The notes under the pieces were generated by a model. The model searched no databases. It was not told the DNA's origin and was given only the letters and a program-made list of their open reading frames with translations. Below are positions 31,483 through 43,809 of a stretch of DNA of 44,535 nucleotides, one piece after another; the first letter of the stretch is position 1, and every line of letters starts with the position of its first letter. Origin of the DNA: Reclinomonas americana ATCC 50394. Taxonomy: Eukaryota. The position numbers were made by a program, and so were the translations under genes. Location of the stretch: the NCBI GenBank assembly GCA_048213135.1, contig PS015234.1:19276-63810 (forward strand), in the 5' to 3' direction.

Positions 31483-31934
31483 CCAATGCATTGGATTTCC
31501 GACAAATGTGTGGGGGGTTTTGAGGAGTGGAGCGGGTGGTTGGTGGGTGTTGAGGAGGGGGGGAGATGATGGGAGGAAATGAGAGAAGAGAAAGGCGTGT
31601 CTGATTCTTGTGTGCACGTGGTGTACAAAACTGTTTGTACACAAGAGAGCGAAAGGAAGATGGAAGGCAAGTGTCTCACTGAAACGAGAGCATGTGGATC
31701 ACATCTCCCGAGAGAATATCTGAAACGGAGACCCTAAAGGCAAAACACGAGAGAAACCACAGCTCAGAAAGTGCTTACTATCTGCACCCACAAACGCAAA
31801 CTTATCAGCACATCTCACCATGCTGTCACGGGCAGCACGCGCTGCAATCTTCGATCGGACGACGCACTCCGCTGCTGCTAGCAAGTAGCAGGCGATCACG
31901 CTGCGCTCAGCCGTTGTCATTACAGGCTCCAGCA

Positions 31935-34900
31935 CTATGGCGGCGCAGCCGACACCGCAGGTGACACAGTTTGTCCGCCAGCGCCATTCGCGCCAACTGC
32001 CGCCATCTTCTCGCACAGGCGCGTGAGTTCCAAGTGCACAAACGACGCCGAAACACGCGACGCCGGTTCGCGCTGCGCACAAGTCACGATGAGCGCGAAG
32101 CTAAGAAACCAAAACGTGCCGGCCACGCAACCCAGCACTGCCGAATGAGACTGAAAAGATCCTCCGACACAACCCGCCCCAAGTCGGTCGCCATGGCATC
32201 GCGGATTGCTTCGTCGTCGAGATCTCCCGGAGGCTCACCGTCGCGCATTAGTTGCTCGATGGTCATGCGATTTGCTCCATCAAAGGGCTTCTTCCGAGTA
32301 ACAGTATACCACAGCAGCGTCCCAAGTGAATAAACGTCCACTCGTTCGTTGTGCTGCAAGCAGATAGAGAAATTGATGCACGCTGTGCCTACGAGGAGGA
32401 CTGCTGGCGACGGACACACCTCCACGCCAACCAACGCCTCTGGTGCCGCAAACGCAGGAGTACCGACATTGGAGAGCAGCCTGGTAAAGGTTCCAAATTC
32501 CTTGGCCTCCCCAAAATCGCAGAGCTTTAGCGTTTGTCGATCCTCGCTGACAAGAATATCTACGTGGCAATGAATCCATGGCTTCACACCACATGTTTCG
32601 CTCACAACAACGCAACTGTCCGGCTTGATGTCGCGATGCACTACTCGTCGACTGTGCATGTGCACAACAGCAGACGTCACCTGCCGCAGCAATCCCATCA
32701 GGAACTGTGTCCGCAATAACGGAAAGCTCAACAAGCAATCAAAAGTCTCCGCGGGGATGTAGTCATCGGGGCCGACATATTCAATGAGCAGGCCGCGTCC
32801 TGAAGGATCGTCAACACACACAGCAGCCAAAGTGACAATGTTTGGATGCCTGGCATACAACGCACAACTTTAGCAAGAAGCAATTGCAGAAGCAAACGAA
32901 ACTCTCACAGACACTCAACGACAGTTGCATCAGCAGACGTCGTTCGGATTCGAAGCATTGAATTACGGACTGTCCGTCTTCGGTGAAGTGCGCGTGCTGG
33001 TTGACGAGGTATCGTTTGTAGACCAACAAATGCTGGTCATCGCCACCACCAAGTTGAAGTCGAGGAAGCCGCGTGATGGTTGTTCGCCCTGCGGTCAACA
33101 ATTAGGTCCTCGCATACACATACAGAAATGCAGCAAGTCAATGCACGCACGACTCCCAAGCTGGCCAGGCGGGATGGCGTGCCGTATGCTCTCGAATGCG
33201 ATAACTTGCGAGGGCAGGTCAATTCTGGCGGCAGCCTCCTTTAGCAATTTTTCTGTCACTCGAATCGGGCTGACTCCTAAATGTGACAAGAGAATTGAGT
33301 TCAGTGGTAGCGGCGAAGGGCGACAACAAACACAACTGTCATAGACTTGAAACAGCAGGCGTGAGCTCTCGTGGCCACCAGGGAATATCGTATCCAGCGA
33401 GTCGACGACCAGTCGCATTAAACTAATGTACTCCGCGTCGTCCAGTGCTGACAGTCGAGCCAGGTGAGAAACACGATGGCGCACATCGCGCAGGTTCTCC
33501 ACTGCCCGAATCTGCGAGGCAGGGTACCCAGTGAGGAGAGCATGAGGCAGATATTCGAGACAGGAATGTGCACACCTTAGCGGGGTCAGCGAGCAGGCGG
33601 ACAGCCAAGCGGTCTTCTTTTGTGGCAGGATCGAGACGAATAAGGCTGTTCATCAGATCCTCGTCACGGCAAGAGGCGGCAGGAACAAAAGTGGTGTACA
33701 GCAGCAACGTGCTTAGCAGCGATGCATCCATACCCGCCGTCACTGTATCCTGCTTGAACGCGCGAACTGCCTCGAAGTTGCACGAGTACAACTCGGCAGA
33801 GCGCATCGTGCTGTTGCCGCCCTTACTCAGAGTCATTCGGCAGTATCTGTGACGCGCAATGCTTGAGAGAACGCATCGCTGCGTGGCTGACAATGCTGTG
33901 CCACATATTCTTTCGTACCTCAGTGGAGGACCAGGTTCGCAGAGTTGCCCAATGTCGAACTCACCCGGAAAGAAATCAGCTACCAGCTGTTGAAGGAGGG
34001 AGCCGAGTGCCAGTGGAATAATCTCATGCACGACTTCGGTGAGCATCAAGATTGGACGCCGATCGCTGCACATGAAGCGATGTGCGAAATGGGCGAATGA
34101 TCAACAGAGAGGGAGGGAGGGAGAGAGCGGTTGTCAAGGAGAAACCTTAGGAAGTTCTTGTCGAAGAGTGCCCGCAGCCGGCCGTCCAGTTCGTCAACCT
34201 TTCGCCGCAGTTCGCGTCGTTTGACCGCAGCCGTGGTGCACTGCGCACGTAAAACATCACATTCGGCATTGGCGGCCGCTATGGCGCGCTTCGCGTTAGC
34301 AAGTGCCTGCTCGGAACGCTCACGATCTCGACGAAGTTGATCCCGTTCCGCCACAATCTCCTCGACCGACTCGCGAGGCGCGGCACCTCCTTCGACAAGG
34401 GAGAGTGTCAGCCAAGAGGAAAAAACATCACAAAAAGGCATTATACCCTCACCACGCGCAGCCAAGCGGTCGAGCATCTCGGCCACACACTCCTCGCCCA
34501 CCTCGCGCGCCACCTGCGCCGCCGTCTTACCCGCCTCGTTCACCAACCCAATCACGTCCGGGCACCGCTCGGCAATGCACTGCACCATCCCCTCATCGCC
34601 CTCCTCCACCACGTGCACGGCATAATGCAACGCACTCCACCGCTCCCTGGTCACCATGCGCACCATCGCCAACGGACATCGCCGCTCCTCCGCCAGCAGC
34701 CACTCCACCATGCGCACTTGGCGGTTGTTGACGGCGCCGATGAGAGGCGTAAAGAGTTGACTGGTGACTGCGTGCACGAGCTGCGGACCCACACCGCTTT
34801 CGTCGCACAGATACTGTGCCACGTCAATGTGGCCGTGCCATGCCGCACAGTAGAATGCCGATCCGCCACTCGCATCCATCTCCTCCCGCAAAAGCAGGGT

Positions 34901-35410
34901 GTGTGCGCCCTCGCACGAAACCAGTTGGCGCAGGGTGTGCAACTCGCCGTCGCTGGCCATCTCCCACGCACTGCGAAAGGGGCGAAGGGAGAGGGAAAGG
35001 GGTGGTGAGGGAAAGGGGAGGAGAGGGGGGAAGGGTGGGGGGATGACTGAGGAGGTGAGGCGAACAGACGAGCGGGAAGTGAACGGGAGAGTGACAAGGN
35101 NNNNNNNNNNNNNNNNNNNNNNNNNNNNNNNNNNNNNNNNNNNNNNNNNNNNNNNNNNNNNNNNNNNNNNNNNNNNNNNNNNNNNNNNNNNNNNNNNNNN
35201 NNNNNNNNNNNNNNNNNNNNNNNNNNNNNNNNNNNNNNNNNNNNNNNNNNNNNNNNNNNNNNNNNNNNNNNNNNNNNNNNNNNNNNNNNNNNNNNNNNNN
35301 NNNNNNNNNNNNNNNNNNNNNNNNNNNNNNNNNNNNNNNNNNNNNNNNNNNNNNNNNNNNNNNNNNNNNNNNNNNNNNNNNNNNNNNNNNNNNTCTCTCT
35401 CTCTCCTCCT

Positions 35411-35465
<55 letters not shown>

Positions 35466-36228
35466 CTCCACACTCTCTTGTTCACTCTCACTGCAACCTC
35501 CCTTCCCCTTCCCTCCCTTACCCACCCTCTCCCCCTTCCCCCCTTATCCCCACAACGCACCGCCTCCTCCTCACACCATCAAACCCCTCCAGCAACTCCG
35601 CCACCCCCACCTCCCCACTCTCCCGCGCCACCTGCGCCGCCGTCCTGCCCACCGCATCCACCATGGCAACAAAATCACCACACCGCTCCACAATGCACTG
35701 CACCACTCGCTCATTCCCGTGCAGCACCGCATGATGCAACACCGTGAATAGATCCCTCTTGCCGCGCACACGCACCATGGTCGACATCCACCGTCGCTTA
35801 TCGGCCAGCAGCCACGCGACCATCTCCACTTGGTGGTTGTTGACGGCGGCGATCAGCGGCGTATCGCCCCGCGCAGTGACGTGTCGCGCGAGTTGTGGAC
35901 CGACGCCACTCTTGTTGCAGAGATACTCCGCCATTGCGAGGTGGCCGTGCCAGGCGGCGCAGTACAGTGCCGAGAAGCCACTGGGGTCCATTTCTTCGCT
36001 GTTTAGTAGGGTGCGTGCGCCCTCGTGTGTGACGAGGTCGGTGAGTGCTTGTATGTCGTTGGCGAGTGCCATTTGCCAGGCGCGGGGGCGGGGTGGAGGA
36101 GGAGAAGGAGGAGGGCTGTCAGATGGGTGACTGACAAGAAGAGGCGTGAGGGATAGAGGGGGGTGGGGGAGGCGGGCGGGGAGAGAGGGGGGAACGTACG
36201 GGGTGGTTTTTGAGTCGGAGGTGCTCAT
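31935..36228 (-). CDS. Ankyrin-repeat + coiled-coil + C-terminal protein kinase (TKL-like)
   Basis: Two paralogous ankyrin exons (GFSALYCAAWHGHL/GDTPLIAAVNN), coiled coil, then LVYK, HPNIV, HRDIKPDNIL, DFG, GTPAFAAPE, DVYSLG, CW..PASR. Start MSTSDSKTTP at 36228 is inferred. Confidence 0.85.
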
Positions 36229-36441
36229 GATGGGGGTGGGGTGTGCACAAGGGAAGATGGCTTGGCGAAGGTAAGATGAAAGCTGTCATGCAGGACGCTG
36301 ATCATGCACGTCTCGTTCGCATAGCATTGCTTTGTTGGGACGCTTCATTGACAAGGTTCCAGTGACATGCACACGCCTTGCATGCGCGCAAGAAGGAGAT
36401 CGAAACCAAATGAAAAAGGAACATGACTCCGACATCGAGTG

Positions 36442-39400
36442 TCAGAACCACTTGGAGGCGTCGGTGAGAGCCGCGAATCCGTCGGCTGTAAACGTGACTG
36501 CACGGCAGGAGAAACAAAAAAAAAGACGTAAGATCGTATTGCATCTGCGCACGAGCGGTGCGCTTGCAAGAGCGACTCACATGATCCGCTCTCAGTATTC
36601 CAGGGGACAAGGAACAAGTCCTCGTGCTTGGACACCACTGCAGGCAAGAACGACTGGCGTGCCTTAGGAACGGCAACGTCCTTGTCGGCGTCAGGCACCA
36701 AGATCACCAGCACCGATCGTCCATCCGTGAAGTCCACTGCAAGAAGAAAACCAAGTGAGTGAGTCACTGACCAAGTGAATCTCCTCGCCGATCGATGAAG
36801 ACGCACCTCTACGCTCGCGTGCAATGGAACACACAGTCTCCACGTTGATCGTGTCTACCACTAGCATGACTCCGATGCTGGGATCGCTTCTCACCGGAAT
36901 GTCGCTGAAGTCTGGACTCCATCCCTTGTCATGCAGGCGCGTGAAGTACCACTTGAGCGCCGACGACGACTCCGACTTGCAGGTAGAGGCGCAGTTGATC
37001 ACGTGCACAGTGCTCAACATGCTTGGGCCGCGCTTGCTGGAACGAGTCGACAGGTGTAACGATGGAGGCGCCGGCGTCGGCGTCGCGCGCAAGGCAATGG
37101 TGACCGCAGATGGTGCGAGAGATGACCTGTCATCACTGGGAAGGGGCAGCTGCTGAGCCCTGAGCGTGGCGACATCGCTATTGGCCTCCGCCAGCTGAAC
37201 ACGCAGTCGCCTGTCGTCTTCGACAAGCGCGGCGTTGTCGTGTTCGGCTTGTTTGCGAGACAGGAGCTCGCACACCGCAGCGACTCGCCCCAGCTCGTTC
37301 TGCACTTGCTGCAGCTGGAGGTCGAGTCGCTTGGTCTCGGCGGTGAGCCGCGCCACTGGCGCATCGGAATCCTCGCTGCGGTCTGACCGCTCACTCTGCA
37401 GTTTTTCCTCCTGTTTGTCGACGACCTTTTACCAAGAGTGCACGTGTGGACTTCAGCAGAGCAAAAAAAAATATGCCACAAATCAATCGTGCACACATAC
37501 CTCACACGTTTGCGGAGGCCGTCCACTTGCCAGCAGCAGCTGTGCGGTGAGCAGCTCGACTTGGGCTCGATCTTTGGCGTGCTGTTCTCGCTCGCGTTCG
37601 AGCTCCATCCCACGTGCCTTCACAAGATCCCTCTCGGTTGTCAGTTGCTTTTGCACGTAGCCGTTGATTTCCTGAGTGACGCTGTGGGCCGATTTTTCCG
37701 AGTCCAGCTCGCGTCGGTTCTGATTCGCTGCCAACTGTTCGGCGGCCAGCGACTCCTTGACGGCTTCCAGCTCGGCGCAGAGGCGAGTCTCCGTGGATGC
37801 TGCTGCCTCTCGAGCCGCCCACAGGCTGCTGTTGAGTTGAGTCTCCCGCTGCTGACTCTCGCTGAGGTCGCCAGTGAGTCGCTCCAAGTCGGTGATGCGC
37901 TGTGCCTCTCGCTGATGGCTGGCGTGGAGTTCGCCAGTGAGCCGCTCCACGTCGGCGGCGAGCTCCGTCCCCTGCTGCTTGAGTCGCTCCACTTCGCACT
38001 TGAGCTCTACCTCTCGCTGCTGACTGGTGCTGAGCTCGTCAGTGAGTCGCTCCACGTCGGCACTGAGTTGCTCCTGCCGCTGCCGATTGGCGCTGAGCTC
38101 GCCGTCGAGTCGCTCCACGTTCGATGTGAGCACTGCCTCCTGTTTCCGATGCAAACTGAGTTCGCCAGAGAGCCGCTTCTCCCGCTCCTCTGCCGCCTTG
38201 CGATCTGCCTCCGACTGCTGCCGGTGCGCGCTTAGTTCGCCAGTGAGCCGTTCAACGTCGGCAGAGAGCTGCTTCTCTCGCTGCTGACTGGCCCCGAGTT
38301 CGCCACTCGAAGCATCATCGAGCGACGGTGAGGAACGCGTCGCCAGCTCTTTGCTGACTGTCTGCAGCTCGCTGTCGACCAGCTGCATCGCTTCTGTCAG
38401 CGCGAGAAGGTAAGGAAGAAATTTATCAATACACGCACTTGCAACTGCAGCTTGACCGCAGCGAGTTCCGTCTCGGCCGCCGATCGCGCCGCTTGCTCCC
38501 TGGTCAACTCATCGCTGACAGTTGCGTGTCGTTGATGGTGGGCAGAGAGGTTCTGAATCGCTCGCTGCATGCGCAGGAGACGGGTTAGCATCACGGACAG
38601 CGATAAAAAAAGTCTCAATGCACACATTCACACCTCGTGTTCTCGCTGCGCGGCCACCAGCTGGTCGTTGAGTGAGTCGTGCTCCCGGTGTGCAGCGGCC
38701 AGCTGTGAGGCAAGCTGCTCGAGTTGAGCTAGAACCTTGTCGTTCTGCTCCCGTTCGCGTTCAAGCTCCGCCGCACGTGCCTCCAATTGCCGCTTCTCGC
38801 TGGCCAACTGCTTCTGCAGCTGGGTGTTGAGCTTGACCGCGTGTTGGTGTTGGAGCCTCTCCGACTCCAGCTCGAGTCGGCTCTTGTTCACTGCCGACAC
38901 CTGCTCGCCGAGGTCGACTTGGAGCTTGGTCGTCTCCATCTGCACGGCAGTCAATTGCTGCCGGCATGTGGCCAGTTCGTTGCCCAGGTGTTTACCGGTC
39001 GCGTGCTCGGCGGCCAGCTTTTCCTTGGTGGCTTCCAGCTCGGCAGTGAGGCGAGCCTCCGTCGATGCTGCTGCCTGCAGGTCAGTAGGCAGCTGCGCCT
39101 CTCGCTCCTGACTGGCGCTGAGCTCGCCAGTGAGTCGCTCCACCTCGCCGTTGAGTTGCTCTTCTCGCCGCTGACTGCCGTTGAGCGTGCTGTTGAGTCG
39201 CTCCACGTTGGCGGTGAGCTGCGACACTCGGGCGGTAGCCGTTTCCAATTGTGCAGTGAGCGCGCCCGACTGCAACTTGAATTTCTCGAGTTCATCACGC
39301 AGTTTGTCTCGCTCGGCTGTCACTTGCCCGAGCTCCTCTGTCGCACGAACCAGCTGGGCGGCAAACTGCGTCGCCACGGAATCGGAACCCTCGTCGCGAG

Positions 39401-40140
39401 ACGCCAGCAGACGCTGCTGCTCCTCCAGCTTGTTGGTCAGCTCCGCAATAGTCGCGGCTGCTACTTGCCGCTCCTCAGCAAGCAGGTTGCCCGACGCCTT
39501 CGCCTCGTCCAGCTCACGTTGAAGTCGCCTCGCCGAACGTCTGGCGGCATCCTGCGCCTCCGCATGCTTGGTCTCGACTTCGGCGGCAGTCGCCTTTGCC
39601 GCCTGCAACTCGCCAGAGACGTTCGCCAACTTCACCGACCACTCCAGCTCGCGCTGCTCCCGATCCGACGTGAGCTGCGCCACCTGCTCCGCGACGGCCG
39701 TGCTCACGAGAGTCGCCGACTGATCACGAACGCTCTGCAGCTCAGCAGAGAGCTGAGCCACCGCTTGGCGCTTCGCATCCAGCTGCCGTTTGTGGACATC
39801 GAGTAGGGTGTTGAGCTGAGCTTGAGCAGTCTCCATCTCAGTGTTCCGTTCTGTGAGTTGACGATTCTCGGCAAGCACTGCTTGAGCTTGATTGTGAAGC
39901 GTGGTCAAAATCTGCACACATTTCTCCTTCTCGGCAGTCACAGCAGCCAACTGCAGTGACAGTTGCTCCACTCGAGCCCGCTCCTCTTGCAACTCTTGAT
40001 TCAACGTGCCAAGTGCATCGACACCGGCAGTGCTCGCACTTTCAGTCACCGTCTCGCCTTCTGCACCACGAGTACAATCATCTCAGCATCACCATCAGCA
40101 ACAACCTGTCAACAAACGAGAAGCAACTCGCACCAGACAT
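36442..40140 (-). CDS. Long coiled-coil protein with internal 21-aa repeats and a C-terminal alpha/beta (possibly TIR-like) domain
   Basis: ATG at 40140 with a micro-exon (MS-EGETVTES); long E/Q/L/R-rich exons; VERLTGELSASQQRE repeats with 63-bp spacing; ends ..LFLVPWNTESGSSDGFAALTDASKWF*. Confidence 0.75.
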
Positions 40141-40304
40141 GCTCTCGCCGCGTCAGACAAAAAAACAAACAAAGGCATAATACTGTCAGACCCGACTGCA
40201 TGCATGCAGTGTCGGGTTTGTCGTCTTCTCGCCGTTAACAGTGTCTGACGAGCGTGGCACACCGTCGCGCACACACACTTGACAATGAAGAGGACGAGTG
40301 CATT

Positions 40305-40316
40305 TTTGGCGCGAAA
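40305..40316. promoter_or_regulatory. E2F-consensus site TTTCGCGCCAAA (- strand) in the short divergent intergenic region
   Basis: TTTGGCGCGAAA on + lies between two divergently oriented genes. Confidence 0.45.
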
Positions 40317-40445
40317 AACATGATTGGTGGCACGCAGGTAATCCGGCAGACAGCAACATCGAAGGCATCCCTCCATGCATTATGCAACCACAAGAGGTCA
40401 CCACACCACTGACGAACAGAATGATGCTTCGTTGCTTCGTCACAG

Positions 40446-40737
40446 GTTCAGGACTTGTCCTCAACGTCGCGCATGCTGCCGCTCACCATACGCCGGCCTC
40501 TCCTCTCCTCCGCTCTCCTCTCCTTCCTCACACACCCCTCACATCCTCCACCTTCCATCGGCAATGCAGCATATGTGCAATCCGTAAGCCGCGCACTGCG
40601 CAGTGATGATGATGCGAGAGAGGGTGAAGAGGGCGAAGAAGAAGGCGGGAGAGCAGTCGTGCGACAGCCGCTGGTGGTTCACGGAGTTCGCGGGGCAGGC
40701 AAGACGTGGTTGGTGGCGGAGTTGAGTGATGAGGGAG

Positions 40738-40772
<35 letters not shown>

Positions 40773-40787
40773 CGAGACAGACGAGAC

Positions 40788-40880
<93 letters not shown>

Positions 40881-42549
40881 GAGTGATTGAGAGAAGAGAG
40901 TAAGTGAGAGGCAGACAGACATGCAGCCAGTGAAAGACAGAAGACTTGCATGCATCAGGCAGCGAAAAGAGAGACACAGAGAGAGAGAGAGAGAAGCAGA
41001 CTGAGGCATGCATGCAACCAGAAAGATGAGAGACTGAGAGGGAGAGAAAGGAAGCAGACGAAGGAAGCAAGTCTCGTTTCTCTGCCTAATTGTATGCACG
41101 TCTCTCTCATTATCTGCATGCCCCCAGAAAGGCTGAGAGAGACATGCAGACGGACAGACAGACAGGTAAAGGGAGGAGCCAGAGGTTGCACACGAGAGAT
41201 CGCAAGTGAGACATGCAAACAAACAGAGGTTCTCTCTCTCTTTCTCTGCCTCTGCCTCTGTCTTCCGTTCTTTCGTCTCCACCGGTTTTCTCAGCTTCTA
41301 CATTCCTGGCTTCCTGTTCCCGATGATCTCTCTCATCTCTCTCTAGTTCATGGTTGTCTGCATCCTTTCTTTGCCTTCTTCTCTCTCTGGCTTTGTCTGC
41401 CTCTCACTCTCTCAGAGTGCCTCTCACTTCCCGACCCTCTGCCTGCATGCCTTCTGCATCCATTTCACGCTTCTCTCTCACAGTCTAACTCCTTTCTCTT
41501 CTCTCTCCCTTTCCCTCACTCACCCTTCCCCTTTTCCATTCTGCAGTTCTCTCTCCCACTTCCACACCTCCAACCCCACCCACCACCTCACCTGCCACCT
41601 CGACCTCTCCCCCTTTGCCTCCTCCGCCCCCTCCCCCTCCACCCTCGCCGACCACATCGAACAACACTGGTGCCGCATGCTCGCCTCCTCCCCCCTCGCC
41701 TTCACCTCCCCCACCCACGTCTGGCAATCGACCATCGCCCGCTACTCTGTCGGCCGCCGCGCCCTCCACCGCTTCGCCGAGTTGCAGCAGTGGGCGGACA
41801 TTGCAGAGGAGGCGGGCAGCAGAGAGGCGGTTGCGTGCCGACCCGCCTGCTCTCACACGTGTCTCGCGAGTGGCTCATTGTCTCGTGTGCAGGATGCCGA
41901 TGTGACGGATCTGTGGCTGCGAGCGTGCGACAAGCTGTTGTCGGAGTGAGTGCTCCTTGTAAGGGAGAGGCGGTGGAGGGACGCTCATTGGTCGTTGCAG
42001 AGACTCGTCGCCGGTGGAATCAGCGTTGCTGTTGGCGCAGCGGGTGTGGGCTGCCAAGTTTCGCACAGTTCCTTTGACTGGCATGTGCTTTCCTCGCTTC
42101 CACTCGTCTCCTCGCACTCCCGGTCGTTTTCCCTTTCTCCTTCTCTCTGCCTCTCTCGTACGTCATCTTGTCAACCACCGTTTGTAACTCGTCTGCATGT
42201 GGATGTTACCATTCACATTCCGATTCATGCACCCCTTTCTGTTCTTTCTTCTTTCACGATCACATAATTGCACGATATGCCTCCTTCTGTCTCTTATCTC
42301 TCTCCCAGTCTCCGTCGCCTGTTACCGCCTTTGTGTTTCTCCCTTCGATCGCTCAAGCAGTTATGTGTTTTTTTGCTGGTATTTCATGCATCTCCTTCCT
42401 TTCCTCCCCGCCCCTCTGCTTGTGAATTCGTCGACGTCACGGGCTCTCATTTGTTTTGTCACGCAGTACCTTCTACTTTCACCTGTCGCATGTGCTCTCA
42501 ATCATGTTTGCAGCTGCATGCAATCAATCCACCTCCCTGTCTCTCTCCT

Positions 42550-42585
<36 letters not shown>

Positions 42586-42961
42586 GTTTCCGTTCCTGAC
42601 ACTGCCTTTGATTTTCTTCTTGTAACGCTTAACATTCGTCCTCCCGCTTGTGAACTTGTGGACGCCACAGTTTTTCTTTTTTTGCGTCACGCCGCATCTT
42701 CTCCTTTCCAATTGCCGCGTGTGCTGTCAATCTTGTTTGCCGCTGCGTGCCGTCTCTCTCTCTCTCTCTCTCTGTGACTGTCTGTCTGTCTTTCTCTCTC
42801 TCTCTGTGACTGTCTGTCTGTCTTTCTCTCTCTCTCTCTGTCTGTCTGTCTATCTCCCCTCTGTCCGCAACAACAACTTAGAAGAACGATGCTACCATTC
42901 ACTGCCTGTTGTTTCCTACCTCTTCTCTTCGTGTGGGTCGCTGTGCTGCACATCACGGCCG

Positions 42962-43019
<58 letters not shown>

Positions 43020-43779
43020 ATCTGTTCGCATTAACAACTCACAAGAACGATGCCAGTTGTTTCACACCTCCTCTCACTATGCACCTGCTCCATGTTGCAC
43101 ATGATCGCCGTTCCACCCTCTCTCTCGATCTTTCCCTCATCCCTCCCCTAATTTCCCTTCCCCTTTGCCAGTAACCCCCACCGCCCCACCACCCTCCTCC
43201 TCTGGTCTCGCGTCCTCCACTCCACCGCCACCCACTCCCACCTCCAAATCCGCCTCGCCTTCTCCCACCCCGAAGCCCTGCTCCCCACCGACTACGGTAA
43301 AATCCACCATCCACCCATCGTTATCCCCCACCCTCCTTCTCTCTGATATCGTCCTCCTCCCCAGCCCACCAGCCCCGCGAAGACCTCTCCCCCATCCGTG
43401 GCGAGTACCGCTTCGCCCGCGACCCACTCACCGCCGCCGCCCGCCACCTTCTCGACATTCACGACACCCTCTTCCTCCTGGCCTTTGGTGCGCGCGGCTT
43501 TGATTACCCCGACGATGCGCTCGCCGTCATCATCGACACCGACGTCACGCAGCTGGAGGAGTGGCAGACGCCAGCGATGGAATGGTGCGTCAACGAGTTT
43601 GTGTTTGGTGACGTAGCCGTCGCTCACTCTATCCTGTTCGCCAGGCTTCTCGAAATCAACGCCCTGCCTCTCGAACAGCTGCGCATGGACGGCGTCTTCT
43701 CCTCGGCCTTTAAGGATGTACCGCTCGAGCATGTGATGCGATTCGGCGGCCTGCTGGGTCTCCTGACAAAGGCCTATGA
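40446..43779 (+). CDS. P-loop NTPase domain protein (start uncertain, continues beyond window)
   Basis: Walker A in PLVVHGVRGAGKTWLV (~40668-40715), with further exons at ~41548-41829, 41892-41946 and ~43553-43779; family not recognised. Confidence 0.55.
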
Positions 43780-43809
43780 GTTGCGTGCTCACTCACACTC
43801 GCACTGATT

